Source: an uncultured Gammaproteobacteria bacterium
GTDB taxonomy: Bacteria; Patescibacteriota; Microgenomatia; Levybacterales; UBA12049
DNA length: 64,000 nucleotides
Assembly: GCA_964537895.1 (NCBI GenBank)
Contig: CAZIDK010000001.1
Span: 51,229 to 115,228 of the forward strand
Direction of reading: 5' to 3'
Notes under the pieces: generated by a model
Seen by the model: only the letters and a program-made list of their open reading frames with translations
Database searches by the model: none
Told to the model about the DNA's origin: nothing
Made by a program: the position numbers and the translations under genes
Shown: in pieces, positions 15,748-24,118 of the stretch
Position numbering within the stretch: position 1 is the stretch's first letter
How the letters are laid out: every line of letters starts with the position of its first letter

Positions 15748-18700
15748 TGACTACCTCTTTTTGCGCTTCTTCTTCGCCTGTCTGACCAACGCTTATTTCC
15801 TGCGCTTTTTCAATGACTTCCCCTCCGCCCAACTCTTTTTGAAGTTCTTTAGCCTGCTTTTCTACTTTTTCCTCTGCCTTTTCTTCGGCCGCTGTCTCAA
15901 TTAAAGGCAGGTCTATAGGCTTATCCGAAATTGTTGCACCCATTGGAATAACGTTAAGTCCCAAGGCTTGTAATTCTTTAATTAAAACTTTGAAAGATTC
16001 TGGAACTTTGGGGGTTGGAATATCTGTTCCTTTAACAATTGCCTCAAATGCTTTGGCCCTGCCCACCACATCGTCCGATTTAATTGTTAGCATTTCCTGC
16101 AAAGTATATCTTGCTCTATGTGCTTCAAGTGCCCAAACTTCCATTTCTCCCAAGCGCTGTCCCCCCATTTGTGCTTTTCCGCCCAAGGGCTGCTGCGTAA
16201 CCAAAGAATAAGGCCCTGTTGAACGCGCATGTGTTTTATCTTCAACCATGTGGATTAACTTCATTACATACTCAACTCCGACAACTGCCGGATTATCATA
16301 AGCATCTCCTGTTCTTCCGTCGTAAAGAGTCGCTTTACCGTTTGCGGGAAGTCCGGCTTTTTTAAGTTCGTCGACGATTCTTTGTTCTTGTACTTCTTCA
16401 AAAACCGGAATTCCGACTTTTTTATTCAGCGTTAACTCCGCCCAACCTAAATGAGCTTCTAAAAGCTGACCCAAATTCATACGCGCCAGAACCGAAATTG
16501 GGGAAATAATAATATCAACCGCTGTTCCGTTGGCCAAATGCGGCATATCGACTTCCGGCAAAATTCTTGAAATAACACCTTTGTTTCCGTGTCTTCCTGC
16601 AAGCTTGTCTCCGATTACAACGTGCCTAAATTGAGCAACTTCAACAATAATCTTTCTTAAAGTCCCCGGCTCCAATTCATCGCCTTTTTTCCTGTCAAGA
16701 ATATGAACACTGATGACCGTTCCTCTTTCTCCATGAGGCATTCGAAGCGACGTGTCTCTTACTTCTCTTGCTTGTTCTCCGAATATTGCCCTCAAGAGTC
16801 TTTCCTCCGCAGTTAATTCCGTTTCTCCTTTTGGAGCGATTTTACCCACAATTATATCTCCTGGGCCGACTCCGCTTCCGACAACTACGATTCCGTCTTC
16901 GTCAAGGTTAGCCAAATCCTCTTCGGAAACATTCGGAATATCCCTGGTTGTCTCCTCCGGTCCTAATTTTGTTTCAACCACCGCCGCCTCATATTTTTCA
17001 ATATGAATTGACGACAAAACATCTTCTTTAACTAACCTGTCGGAAATAACAATTCCGTCTTCATATCCAAGGCCGTCTAAAGACGTATAAGCAATTAAAA
17101 GATTTTGTCCGAGAGCCAATTCTCCGTTATCCGAAGCAGGTCCATCAACGAGTAAATCGCCTTTCTTAACTTTTTGGAGCGTAACAACCATTGTTTTTTG
17201 GGTATAAGCGGTTGCCTGAGAAGTTCTTTTGAATGAATCGATATTATAACTTAATTCTTCTTTTTGGCCTTTGCCTTTTATTGTAACTTTGGAAGCGTCC
17301 GCATAGGTAATTTCTCCATCATACGGAGCAAGGATTACTCTTTCCATAACCGAGGATATGGATTTTTCCATACCCGTTCCGACAATTGGACTTTTTGGTA
17401 TTACTAAAGGAACCGCCTGACACTGCATATGGGTTCCCATTAAGGCTCTATTTGCTTCGTCATGGCTTACAAAAGGAATAAGGGACGCCGCGCTTCCGAC
17501 AACCTGTCTTGGAACAACGTCAACAAATTCAACATTTTCCCTTTCGGTTTCAATAAATTCTCCTTGGTATCTTGCCGGCACTCGGTCTTCCTCAATAATA
17601 TCTTTATCGGACAACACTTCCGCGTGGGTAATGTAATGCTCTCTTTCGTCGTCTGCTGTCATGTAAACTAACTCCTTTGTTGCTTTTGAAACAACATTTT
17701 TACCCCTGTTTTCATGAACAACTTTTCTGTAAGGAGATTCTAAAAATCCGTATTCGTTAATTCTTGTATATAAAGCCAAATAGGTTACCAAACCGATATT
17801 CGGACCCTCGGGGCTTCTGATAGGACAGACTCTTGAATACTGCGAGCTGTTTATATCGCGGATAGAAAAAGCCGCTCTTTCCCTGGAAATTCCGCCGGTT
17901 CCCATAACCGTTAAGCGGTTTAGGTTGTCTATTTCGGAAAGCGGGTTTGTTTGGTCTAGGATGGTGGAAAGCTGTGAGGTTCTAAAAAATTCATTGATTG
18001 AGGCCATAATTGGTCTTGCATTAATAAGTCCTGCAATGGAAACAGGAATGTCGGGCTGAATAAGGGTCATTCTTTCTTTTATGCTTCTTTCAAGCCTTAA
18101 AACACCAATTCTAAAAGCAGTGGTCGCAACCAGCTCGCCAACGCATCTAACGCGTCTGTTTGCCAAAGAGTCAATATCGTCAACTCCATTTTCTCCTTTA
18201 GCAAGACTAATAAGAAAACTGATTGCGCCGATAATATCATCTACGGTTAAAATGCGGACATCTTCGTTAGCAGGATTAAAACCTGTTGTTTCCTGTAATT
18301 TTTTATTTATTTTGTATCTTCCGACACCCCCAAGATCATATCTTCTGTTGTTAAAAAACATGCCGTTAAAATTTTCTCTTACTTTGTCTAAAACCACGGG
18401 CTCGCCCGGATGCATTTTTCTGAAAATTTCAATTAGAGCACCTGTTGCGTCTCCCGTTTCGTCTTTTTGCAATGTATTTTGGATGAATGAGGTTTTCCCG
18501 TCTGCCTCCAAGTTTTTGAATTTTTCTCTTATATCGTCATTTGAGGAGATTCCGAGGGCGCGAAGGAAAGTTGAAGCTAAAAACTTTCTTCTTCTGTCAA
18601 TCTTAACCATGATAGTTTCGTGTCTTGTGGTTGTAAATTCAAGCCAAGACCCGTGAACAGGTCTAATTTCCGCTGTGTATAAATTTTTTCCCGTAACATT

Positions 18701-19162
18701 ATCCTGTATAGCTGTAAAGAAAACACCGGGACTTCTAACCAGCTGGCTTACAACCGCTCTTTCTATTCCGTTAACGATAAACGTAGCCCTGTCTGTCATC
18801 TGGGGTATATCTCCTAAGAATACTTCCTGGTCGATTGTTGAGTTGGTTTTTTTATTAATGAGGGTTGCGTTAACATAAAGAGGAGCATCGTAGGTTAATC
18901 CTTTGCTTAAACAGACTGTCGGATCACTGCTGATTTTTCCAAGTCTATAATCTTTCAAAACCAGGTTCCAGTTTTTTTCCGTAAAATCGTCTATTGGGGA
19001 TATTTCCTGAAGAATCTGGGCAATTCCTTTTTCCAAAAACCATTGATAGGATTCTTTTTGAATTTTGAGTAAATCTAAATTAGGTAATAAGGAATGTTGT
19101 TTTCCCCAATTAGTTCTTATAATATGATCCTTGTTGTCTGTCTTATCGGATTTTTTTGCCAT
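15740..19162 (-). CDS. rpoB: DNA-directed RNA polymerase beta subunit
   Basis: Full-length beta homology (1140 aa), conserved regions throughout. Confidence 0.95.
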   Translation of the reverse strand: MAKKSDKTDNKDHIIRTNWGKQHSLLPNLDLLKIQKESYQWFLEKGIAQILQEISPIDDFTEKNWNLVLKDYRLGKISSDPTVCLSKGLTYDAPLYVNATLINKKTNSTIDQEVFLGDIPQMTDRATFIVNGIERAVVSQLVRSPGVFFTAIQDNVTGKNLYTAEIRPVHGSWLEFTTTRHETIMVKIDRRRKFLASTFLRALGISSNDDIREKFKNLEADGKTSFIQNTLQKDETGDATGALIEIFRKMHPGEPVVLDKVRENFNGMFFNNRRYDLGGVGRYKINKKLQETTGFNPANEDVRILTVDDIIGAISFLISLAKGENGVDDIDSLANRRVRCVGELVATTAFRIGVLRLERSIKERMTLIQPDIPVSIAGLINARPIMASINEFFRTSQLSTILDQTNPLSEIDNLNRLTVMGTGGISRERAAFSIRDINSSQYSRVCPIRSPEGPNIGLVTYLALYTRINEYGFLESPYRKVVHENRGKNVVSKATKELVYMTADDEREHYITHAEVLSDKDIIEEDRVPARYQGEFIETERENVEFVDVVPRQVVGSAASLIPFVSHDEANRALMGTHMQCQAVPLVIPKSPIVGTGMEKSISSVMERVILAPYDGEITYADASKVTIKGKGQKEELSYNIDSFKRTSQATAYTQKTMVVTLQKVKKGDLLVDGPASDNGELALGQNLLIAYTSLDGLGYEDGIVISDRLVKEDVLSSIHIEKYEAAVVETKLGPEETTRDIPNVSEEDLANLDEDGIVVVGSGVGPGDIIVGKIAPKGETELTAEERLLRAIFGEQAREVRDTSLRMPHGERGTVISVHILDRKKGDELEPGTLRKIIVEVAQFRHVVIGDKLAGRHGNKGVISRILPEVDMPHLANGTAVDIIISPISVLARMNLGQLLEAHLGWAELTLNKKVGIPVFEEVQEQRIVDELKKAGLPANGKATLYDGRTGDAYDNPAVVGVEYVMKLIHMVEDKTHARSTGPYSLVTQQPLGGKAQMGGQRLGEMEVWALEAHRARYTLQEMLTIKSDDVVGRAKAFEAIVKGTDIPTPKVPESFKVLIKELQALGLNVIPMGATISDKPIDLPLIETAAEEKAEEKVEKQAKELQKELGGGEVIEKAQEISVGQTGEEEAQKEVVNE

Positions 19163-19261
19163 CTGATAAATTAATCTTATTTATCTTATAGGATGGCTGG
19201 ATAATGCCAAAAAAATGGCAAAGGTATTTCACCCTTTCCATTTGCTTCCTATAGAGTGCTA

Positions 19262-19430
19262 AGTTTATACCATAGAAATTAAGCCTGTGTCAAGGAGTAA
19301 AATTTACTCCGAAGACCCTGAGTTAAATCGAACGGGTCAAGCCCCAAATTACAAGAGCGCTGACCCTGAGCGTTACAATCCTGAGCGTAGTCGAAGGAAC
19401 GTCGAAGAGGCAAGGAGTAAAATTTATATC
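19262..19430. repeat. REP/MITE-like repeat, copy C, flanked by a 16-bp direct repeat
   Basis: The 16-mer caaggagtaaaattta occurs at 19291-19306 and 19411-19426. The core shares tcgaacgggtcaag, gaccctgagcgttacaatc and gtcgaaggaa modules with copy F. Confidence 0.55.
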
Positions 19431-19843
19431 AACTTTTCGTAAATTACAAAATCAACGTGGCGGTAATGGTTTTTTAAGTCTCCGGTTTTTACAAAGCCCA
19501 AGGATTCGTAAAATTTTCCCACCTCCCAAGTTTTTCCGGTTATAAGATAGGCTTTATGCCCGCCTTTTTCTTTTGCAAATTCCTCTGCCTTTTTAACCAA
19601 CGCTTTACCGACTCCCGAATGTCTTTTACCTTTTGCAACAATCAAATCATCTATATACAAAACGCCCTCTTGATATTTGCCCGCGATTATTCCCACTGTC
19701 TTACCGTCTTCTCCTGCTTTAAAAACATAATCTTCGTCAATCCACCCCGCTGACTTGCCGTAATATTTAATATCCGCATCAACCCATTCCTTGTCTCTAA
19801 ATTCTTTAATTTCTTCATTGGTAGATTTACTAATCGTAATCAT
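19424..19843 (-). CDS. GNAT family N-acetyltransferase
   Basis: KRHSGVGKALVKKAEEF acetyl-CoA-binding-like motif; 139 aa. Confidence 0.65.
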   Translation of the reverse strand: MITISKSTNEEIKEFRDKEWVDADIKYYGKSAGWIDEDYVFKAGEDGKTVGIIAGKYQEGVLYIDDLIVAKGKRHSGVGKALVKKAEEFAKEKGGHKAYLITGKTWEVGKFYESLGFVKTGDLKNHYRHVDFVIYEKLI

Positions 19844-19849
19844 ACAAAA

Positions 19850-19864
19850 ATTATACCACGCGGG
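19850..19864 (-). promoter_or_regulatory. Conserved promoter module CCCGCG-TGGTATAAT, 7 nt upstream of the ATG (leaderless)
   Basis: Minus sense: taatttCCCGCGTGGTATAATttttgtATG. The same module precedes the genes at 20733, 21859 and 22769. Confidence 0.55.
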
Positions 19865-20037
19865 AAATTAAATCATACTTACGCAAACCTTGCAATCCAA
19901 CAAAGAACGTTAAGGTTTTGTGACTGAGTGCGTCAGGGGAATTCCTCAGCTTACTGAAAGTGAGATTGAGGAAGGGGTGAAATTACCCGACAAACGAAGG
20001 AACAAAAATAGTTCGGCTTGGCTTGCAAAAAGTTTTG

Positions 20038-20058
20038 CGCTACTTTCCAAAAAGTAGC
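20038..20058 (-). terminator. Candidate hairpin terminator downstream of the 20102-20407 gene
   Basis: GCTACTTT-ccaa-AAAGTAGC 8-bp stem, then a ttttt-containing tail in minus sense. Confidence 0.35.
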
Positions 20059-20101
20059 AGAGAAAATTAAATCAAATAAAACCAGCTGCTAAGAAATCAA
20101 A

Positions 20102-20407
20102 CTAAATAATTTTTACTCTGTGAGTAAGAATATTTCCCCACGTCATCATTTGCTCGGCCCACTCAATTTTTTCCTGTTGGGTTTTTATGTTTTTTTTTTC
20201 AAGCAATAAGTATTCTTCCAAGAATTTATCAAAGGTTTTTTGAAAAGGCTTGGAAAGAGAGGATTTATCAATGGAATCTATATACTCTTTTGTTTCTTCC
20301 AAAAAAATATCTATTCTTTTTTTCTTTTTTTCGTAATCATCAGCCGCCAGATTTCCTATTCTATTTAGGTTCATGGCAATATCTAATATTTTTGCTTTAT
20401 TACTCAT
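20102..20407 (-). CDS. Hypothetical small protein (101 aa)
   Basis: ORF only; 4-nt overlap with the upstream gene. Confidence 0.4.
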   Translation of the reverse strand: MSNKAKILDIAMNLNRIGNLAADDYEKKKKRIDIFLEETKEYIDSIDKSSLSKPFQKTFDKFLEEYLLLEKKNIKTQQEKIEWAEQMMTWGNILTHRVKII

Positions 20408-20733
20408 AAAATTAAACTTTTAACTATTCTGTCAAATTCTTTTCTTATTTCGGAAGACATTATATCTCTTGACGGATTGTCCTCACTTGGACGAAGATTT
20501 ATTATTGAATTGTAATCTATTTCTTTTGTTTCTAAATCTACTCCTCCGCCCCAAAGATTTTGCTGTTTTGAGCCCTCACCCAAAAGTTTCTGTTCTCCTT
20601 CAAAATGTCTTTTTCCTCCCCCTGCTAAAATCTCCTGGTCAATATCAACAACTACTTTTATATAACCGTCGAAATCCTCTGCCATTTTTTTTATTTCTTC
20701 TTTAGTTGCTTTTTTATTTATAGTAAGAAGCAT
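20404..20733 (-). CDS. Hypothetical small protein (110 aa); possibly DUF5674-like, a weak recollection
   Basis: Start moved to the ATG at 20733 (MLLTINKK...), which is 9 nt downstream of a conserved CCCCGCGTGGTATAAT module (20743-20758). The ORF-track extension to 20874 would overlap the nuclease gene. Confidence 0.5.
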   Translation of the reverse strand: MLLTINKKATKEEIKKMAEDFDGYIKVVVDIDQEILAGGGKRHFEGEQKLLGEGSKQQNLWGGGVDLETKEIDYNSIINLRPSEDNPSRDIMSSEIRKEFDRIVKSLIL

Positions 20734-20742
20734 CGTTTTTTG

Positions 20743-20758
20743 ATTATACCACGCGGGG
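20743..20758 (-). promoter_or_regulatory. Conserved promoter module CCCCGCG-TGGTATAAT (leaderless), copy 2
   Basis: Minus sense: ccccgcgTGGTATAATcaaaaaacgATG. Confidence 0.55.
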
Positions 20759-20761
20759 AAA

Positions 20762-21469
20762 TTAAGGAAGTGATTCGCAGGCAAGTCCGTCGCCATCGGA
20801 GTCAAGTCTATGCGGATCGCTACTAGGCCCGCCTTGAGATATAAAAAAAGCTTGAGCTTGCGTATGAGTTGCAAAATCAGAGCAATCTTTATCTTCTGCT
20901 ATATTTTGAACAGGAACGCTTTTTGTTGTTGTTGGTTTTACAGTAGTTGGATTATTTACAGGACACGTCCCCCACAAACCCAGATTATTTTCTCTTGCAT
21001 ATCTTTCAAAACTATTAAACTTCTCAAGCATTTTTGTCGGATATTGTTTATAAGAAAAAGCATATCCTTGCTTTATCATTTCTCCATTAATAAAAGTCGC
21101 CTTGCTATCGGGTAAATATACATATCTAAGCAGTCTCTTGTATTTATCTCTGTTTCCCTGCGTTGAATCATCAACCAGTTTTACATATTTTCCTAAGACA
21201 AAAGATTTCATTTTGTCCGACGCGGCCTTACCAAAACACTGAACAGGTTTTCTCGGGTCAACGGTTTCCGGTGTATCTATTCCCAAAAGCCTTACGCTCT
21301 CGTTTTTTCCTCGAATACTAACAGTTATGGTATCTCCGTCGACAACCTTAACAACTTTAAATAATTTTTTCTTATCCATTTCTGAATCCTTATAAGAAAA
21401 GACGGGGTTAGTGTTAAAAACAGAAAGAAGTAAAAAAAACAAGAAGGCAAAAACAAACATTCTCTTCAT
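20762..21469 (-). CDS. Secreted thermonuclease (SNase-like) with a C-terminal Excalibur calcium-binding domain
   Basis: N-terminal signal peptide. A central region resembles the staphylococcal nuclease fold. C-terminal DSDGDGLACE matches the Excalibur DxDxDGxxCE motif. Confidence 0.6.
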   Translation of the reverse strand: MKRMFVFAFLFFLLLSVFNTNPVFSYKDSEMDKKKLFKVVKVVDGDTITVSIRGKNESVRLLGIDTPETVDPRKPVQCFGKAASDKMKSFVLGKYVKLVDDSTQGNRDKYKRLLRYVYLPDSKATFINGEMIKQGYAFSYKQYPTKMLEKFNSFERYARENNLGLWGTCPVNNPTTVKPTTTKSVPVQNIAEDKDCSDFATHTQAQAFFISQGGPSSDPHRLDSDGDGLACESLP

Positions 21470-21476
21470 ACCGGCA

Positions 21477-21485
21477 TTATATCAC
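21477..21485 (-). promoter_or_regulatory. Extended -10 (TGATATAAT) 6 nt upstream of the nuclease ATG
   Basis: Minus sense: ttaggTGATATAATgccggtATG. Confidence 0.45.
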
Positions 21486-21508
21486 CTAAAGTCAGCCGAG
21501 AAAATGAG

Positions 21509-21859
21509 TCATTTCAACTGGCTGTCTGAAAGACCAAAATGATGACCAATTTCGTGGATTACGGTTTGTCTAACTTGAGCTCTTACTTGTTCTTCCGTCT
21601 GCGCCACTTTTTCTATTGCGTTTTTAAAAATTGTGATCTTATCAGGAAGTGTGCTGTAGTAAATTCCTCTTTTCGTCTGCGGAACTCCTTCGTAAAGCCC
21701 CAGAAGTAAAACCCCGAACGGTAGCTTTGATTTTCTAAGTTGGTAAAATGTCGGAAAGTCATCAACAACTACCGAAACATTATTTAGTTTTTCCGCAAAT
21801 TCTTTTGGCATAGAATCCAAGGCTTCTGCAACCAATTCCCTAAATCTTTTTTCATCCAT
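21509..21859 (-). CDS. Small zincin-like metallopeptidase (HExxH)
   Basis: TVIHEIGHHFGLSD contains an HExxH zinc-binding motif; 116 aa. Confidence 0.5.
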   Translation of the reverse strand: MDEKRFRELVAEALDSMPKEFAEKLNNVSVVVDDFPTFYQLRKSKLPFGVLLLGLYEGVPQTKRGIYYSTLPDKITIFKNAIEKVAQTEEQVRAQVRQTVIHEIGHHFGLSDSQLK

Positions 21860-21869
21860 AAGTTAACAA

Positions 21870-21883
21870 ATTATACCACGGGG
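21870..21883 (-). promoter_or_regulatory. Conserved promoter module CCCCG-TGGTATAAT (leaderless), copy 3
   Basis: Minus sense: ccccgTGGTATAATttgttaacttATG. Confidence 0.55.
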
Positions 21884-21918
21884 AGATTTTGACTAGGAAG
21901 TCAAATTAAAATATGGAA

Positions 21919-21944
21919 GTTTAGTTTCTATATCATATATTAAT
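21919..21944. promoter_or_regulatory. 26-bp perfect palindrome TATATCATATATTAATATATGATATA
   Basis: Self-complementary over all 26 nt. Lies between the promoter of 21509-21859 and the 3' end of 22041-22769, so it could be an operator or a cruciform. Confidence 0.5.
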
Positions 21945-22040
21945 ATATGATATAACGGACGCATTACCGGAGCTGGATACTAAGCTTAGTAAGCTTAAAA
22001 GTCAGCGGGAGAATTTAAATTGGGCTAAGAAGTCAAATTA

Positions 22041-22769
22041 TTATTTAAAATATTCTTTTAGTTTTGCAATTTCTTGTTTATAGACTTCTTGGACTAAATC
22101 ATATTCCCAAGGGCTATGATCTTGTCCTTTAAGAATCATAAAAGGCTGGCCTTTTTCTTTAACTATTTCGATAACTTTTTCTCTCAACGGTTTGCTAATA
22201 AATCTGTCTTTCTCTCCGAAAACAAGATGTATTCCCCCCATATAATCCTGCAAACATTTAAAGACATTCGCGTCGTGTGCTTCTTTCCAAAACCTCCCTT
22301 TATATTTTTGTCCCCCTTCTTCAAATACCTCATCATAACCTCCTTTAAAATCTCCGTCGTTTACGCCGGGAACCCAAAGAAAAATACAGGGAATTTTATT
22401 TTTTATTTCCGTTCTTGAAGTAGCAACCGTAATTGCGGCGGCGCCCATGCTTTGCCCCATTAAAGTAACTTTATATCCCAAATCTAAATATTTCTTAGTA
22501 AAATAAACAATTGTGTTAATCCATTCGTTATAAGAAACGTCCAAAAAATCTCCATCGGAATTGCCGTTATTTGGCAGGTCAAAACGCAAAACCGAAAAGC
22601 CTTCTTTATTTAAAAGTCTTTGAAAATCAACAAACTGTCTTGCAGGCCCTACCGAAGCTCCTCTAAATCCATGAACCATAATTACTATCTTTTTTTGAGA
22701 TGAGTCGGGTTCGGAGAAATAACAAAAGATTTTCTTTCCGCTAATTTCTTCAAAATATACTTTCTCCAT
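22041..22769 (-). CDS. Alpha/beta hydrolase
   Basis: GQSMGAA nucleophile elbow (GxSxG) and an HG oxyanion motif (MVHGFRG). Confidence 0.7.
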   Translation of the reverse strand: MEKVYFEEISGKKIFCYFSEPDSSQKKIVIMVHGFRGASVGPARQFVDFQRLLNKEGFSVLRFDLPNNGNSDGDFLDVSYNEWINTIVYFTKKYLDLGYKVTLMGQSMGAAAITVATSRTEIKNKIPCIFLWVPGVNDGDFKGGYDEVFEEGGQKYKGRFWKEAHDANVFKCLQDYMGGIHLVFGEKDRFISKPLREKVIEIVKEKGQPFMILKGQDHSPWEYDLVQEVYKQEIAKLKEYFK

Positions 22770-22775
22770 AATATG

Positions 22776-22790
22776 AGTATATCACGGGGG
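22776..22790 (-). promoter_or_regulatory. Conserved promoter module CCCCCG-TGATATACT (leaderless), copy 4
   Basis: Minus sense: cccccgTGATATACTcatattATG. Confidence 0.45.
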
Positions 22791-22800
22791 AAAATTCGTG

Positions 22801-22895
22801 GCTAATTATAATCTCTTCGAGCTCCTCGAGTCTGAGCCTCGGCGTCGAAGACCTGAGTCTCAGAGCCGAAGGCCTGAGTGAGTCGAAGGAGAAGT
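22801..22895. repeat. REP/MITE-like repeat, copy D (contains an exact 45-nt duplicate of 40884-40928)
   Basis: 22813-22857 (ctcttcgagctcctcgagtctgagcctcggcgtcgaagacctgag) equals 40884-40928. Followed by imperfect ~13-nt tandem units (ccgaaggcctgag-like). Confidence 0.7.
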
Positions 22896-22927
22896 CAAAT
22901 TAATTTTTCTTGCCTTATAATCAAATT

Positions 22928-23134
22928 CTATTTTGTATTTATTAAAAAATAGGGGAGGTTTTCCTGTGGAACTTTGAATAACGTGGGTTTTTTATATCCC
23001 TTTTGTAAAGCCTCTTTGTAGGCCTTTTCGGCGTTTTTATTTGAGCTAATAACTTTTTTTAGAGATTCATCTAGGGCTACCCACATTCCTTTATATTTAT
23101 TGAATATTTTAGTCAAATTTGTACTCATTTTCAT
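22928..23134 (-). CDS. Small antitoxin-like protein (DUF5678-like)
   Basis: 68 aa; the KGMWVAL...KKVISS...KPTLFKVP pattern recalls DUF5678. No partner toxin gene is adjacent. Confidence 0.4.
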   Translation of the reverse strand: MKMSTNLTKIFNKYKGMWVALDESLKKVISSNKNAEKAYKEALQKGYKKPTLFKVPQENLPYFLINTK

Positions 23135-23173
23135 GTTGTGTTAATTATAACATAATAATGGAAATTGAAAAAC

Positions 23174-23257
23174 CCGCGGGTTGAGCGGAGCGAAATACTC
23201 CTTACTATGAGTAGAGCGAAATGGTGAGTGCGATTGAACCACTAAGAAGTCAGATTA
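23174..23257. repeat. Direct repeat flanking the toxin-antitoxin cassette, copy 1
   Basis: cgggttgagcgRagcRaaat...ggtgagtg...gaaccactaagaagtcaRatta, shared with 24040-24099 in the same orientation. Confidence 0.7.
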
Positions 23258-23409
23258 TAGACTTTGCACGTTCTCTTCAATTTTTGTCAGACAAACTCTG
23301 GGACATTGACTTTTTGACCAAAAGTGAGTAAACTTCTACGAAGTAGATGTTTACTTCAATACAGGATTATTTAGCTTTGATATAAAAATATTATAAGATA
23401 TAATTTAAT

Positions 23410-23616
23410 ATGCCAGATATAATTGAAACAAAACCAAACATCCTAGGCGGAATGCCAGTTATAAAAGGAACTAGGATTCCTATCGCGCGTGTTGTGGCAT
23501 TATATGTTCAAGGCTATAAGATAAAAGATTTCAAGAGAGATTATCCTTATCTCACAATTACAAAAGAGGATATAGCAAACATATTCTCCCATTATTCTCA
23601 CCTTGCATCAAAATAA
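23410..23616 (+). CDS. DUF433 family antitoxin-like protein
   Basis: GGMPVIKGTRIPIARVV matches the DUF433 core. TATAAT is 5 nt upstream of the ATG. Confidence 0.6.
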   Translation: MPDIIETKPNILGGMPVIKGTRIPIARVVALYVQGYKIKDFKRDYPYLTITKEDIANIFSHYSHLASK

Positions 23617-23962
23617 GAATACAAACAAAAAGCGTAAGTTTAGATTATTATTAGATTCTGCATTTGCTAAACCTGATCAATTTCCCAAGCTAGCTAAAAA
23701 GGCAAAGTTATTACATGTAGTTCATGATTTGGGATTATCTAAACAGGCTGCGGATATAGATATCTACCAAAAGGCACTTGAAGAAAACTGCTTCGTATTA
23801 ACAATTAACTTTAGGCATTTTAGGAAGTTTGTTGTTAGTGGTAAACCGGGAGTAATTGGAATAGATTCGCAGCTGTCTAATGACGAAATTGACTCAATTG
23901 TTGTAAAGTTTATCTCTGGGAAAAATCCTGATGACTTTCTAGGAAAAGCTATTAAAATTTAA
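23603..23962 (+). CDS. DUF5615 (PIN-like / Mut7-C RNase-like) toxin-like protein
   Basis: LLLDSAF...VVHDLGL...ADIDIYQKALEENCFVLTINFRHF...GVIGI pattern of DUF5615. Overlaps the DUF433 gene by 14 nt, a typical toxin-antitoxin arrangement. Confidence 0.55.
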   Translation: MHQNKNTNKKRKFRLLLDSAFAKPDQFPKLAKKAKLLHVVHDLGLSKQAADIDIYQKALEENCFVLTINFRHFRKFVVSGKPGVIGIDSQLSNDEIDSIVVKFISGKNPDDFLGKAIKI

Positions 23963-24045
23963 CTGCTTTCTACAATTTTTATTTCTTCCGGAGTGAGGGC
24001 TGAAAGATTAGTCCAAAAAACCGCAGAGGCTAAGGTTTTCCCGCC
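23959..24045 (-). pseudogene. Remnant 3' end of a DNA methyltransferase-like gene (ends ...LSALTPEEIKIVESS*)
   Basis: The minus-strand frame encodes the TaqI_C-like C-terminal tail (LTxEEIxIVE) seen in N6-adenine methyltransferases / type IIG enzymes, but no long ORF precedes it. The 21-mer ttctacaatttttatttcttc recurs at 26050-26070. Confidence 0.4.
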
Positions 24046-24099
24046 GGGTTGAGCGAAGCAAAATGGTGAGTGAAATCGAACCACTAAGAAGTCAAATTA
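24040..24099. repeat. Direct repeat flanking the toxin-antitoxin cassette, copy 2
   Basis: Matches 23174-23257 and ends with the same gaaccactaagaagtcaaatta motif. Confidence 0.7.
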
Positions 24100-24118
24100 A
24101 TTTTTCGACTCTAAAGAT

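Noticed and set aside
12200-18878. About twenty small plus-strand ORFs antisense to rpoC and rpoB
   Set aside because: All are embedded in the long, strongly conserved minus-strand polymerase genes and have biased Ser/Leu-rich compositions typical of antisense translation.
20733-20874. N-terminal extension of the 20404 gene to 20874 (156 aa as in the ORF track)
   Set aside because: The extension would overlap the nuclease gene 3' end and would bury the conserved CCCCGCGTGGTATAAT promoter module inside the coding region. The ATG at 20733 sits 9 nt after that module, exactly as in its paralogous cassettes.
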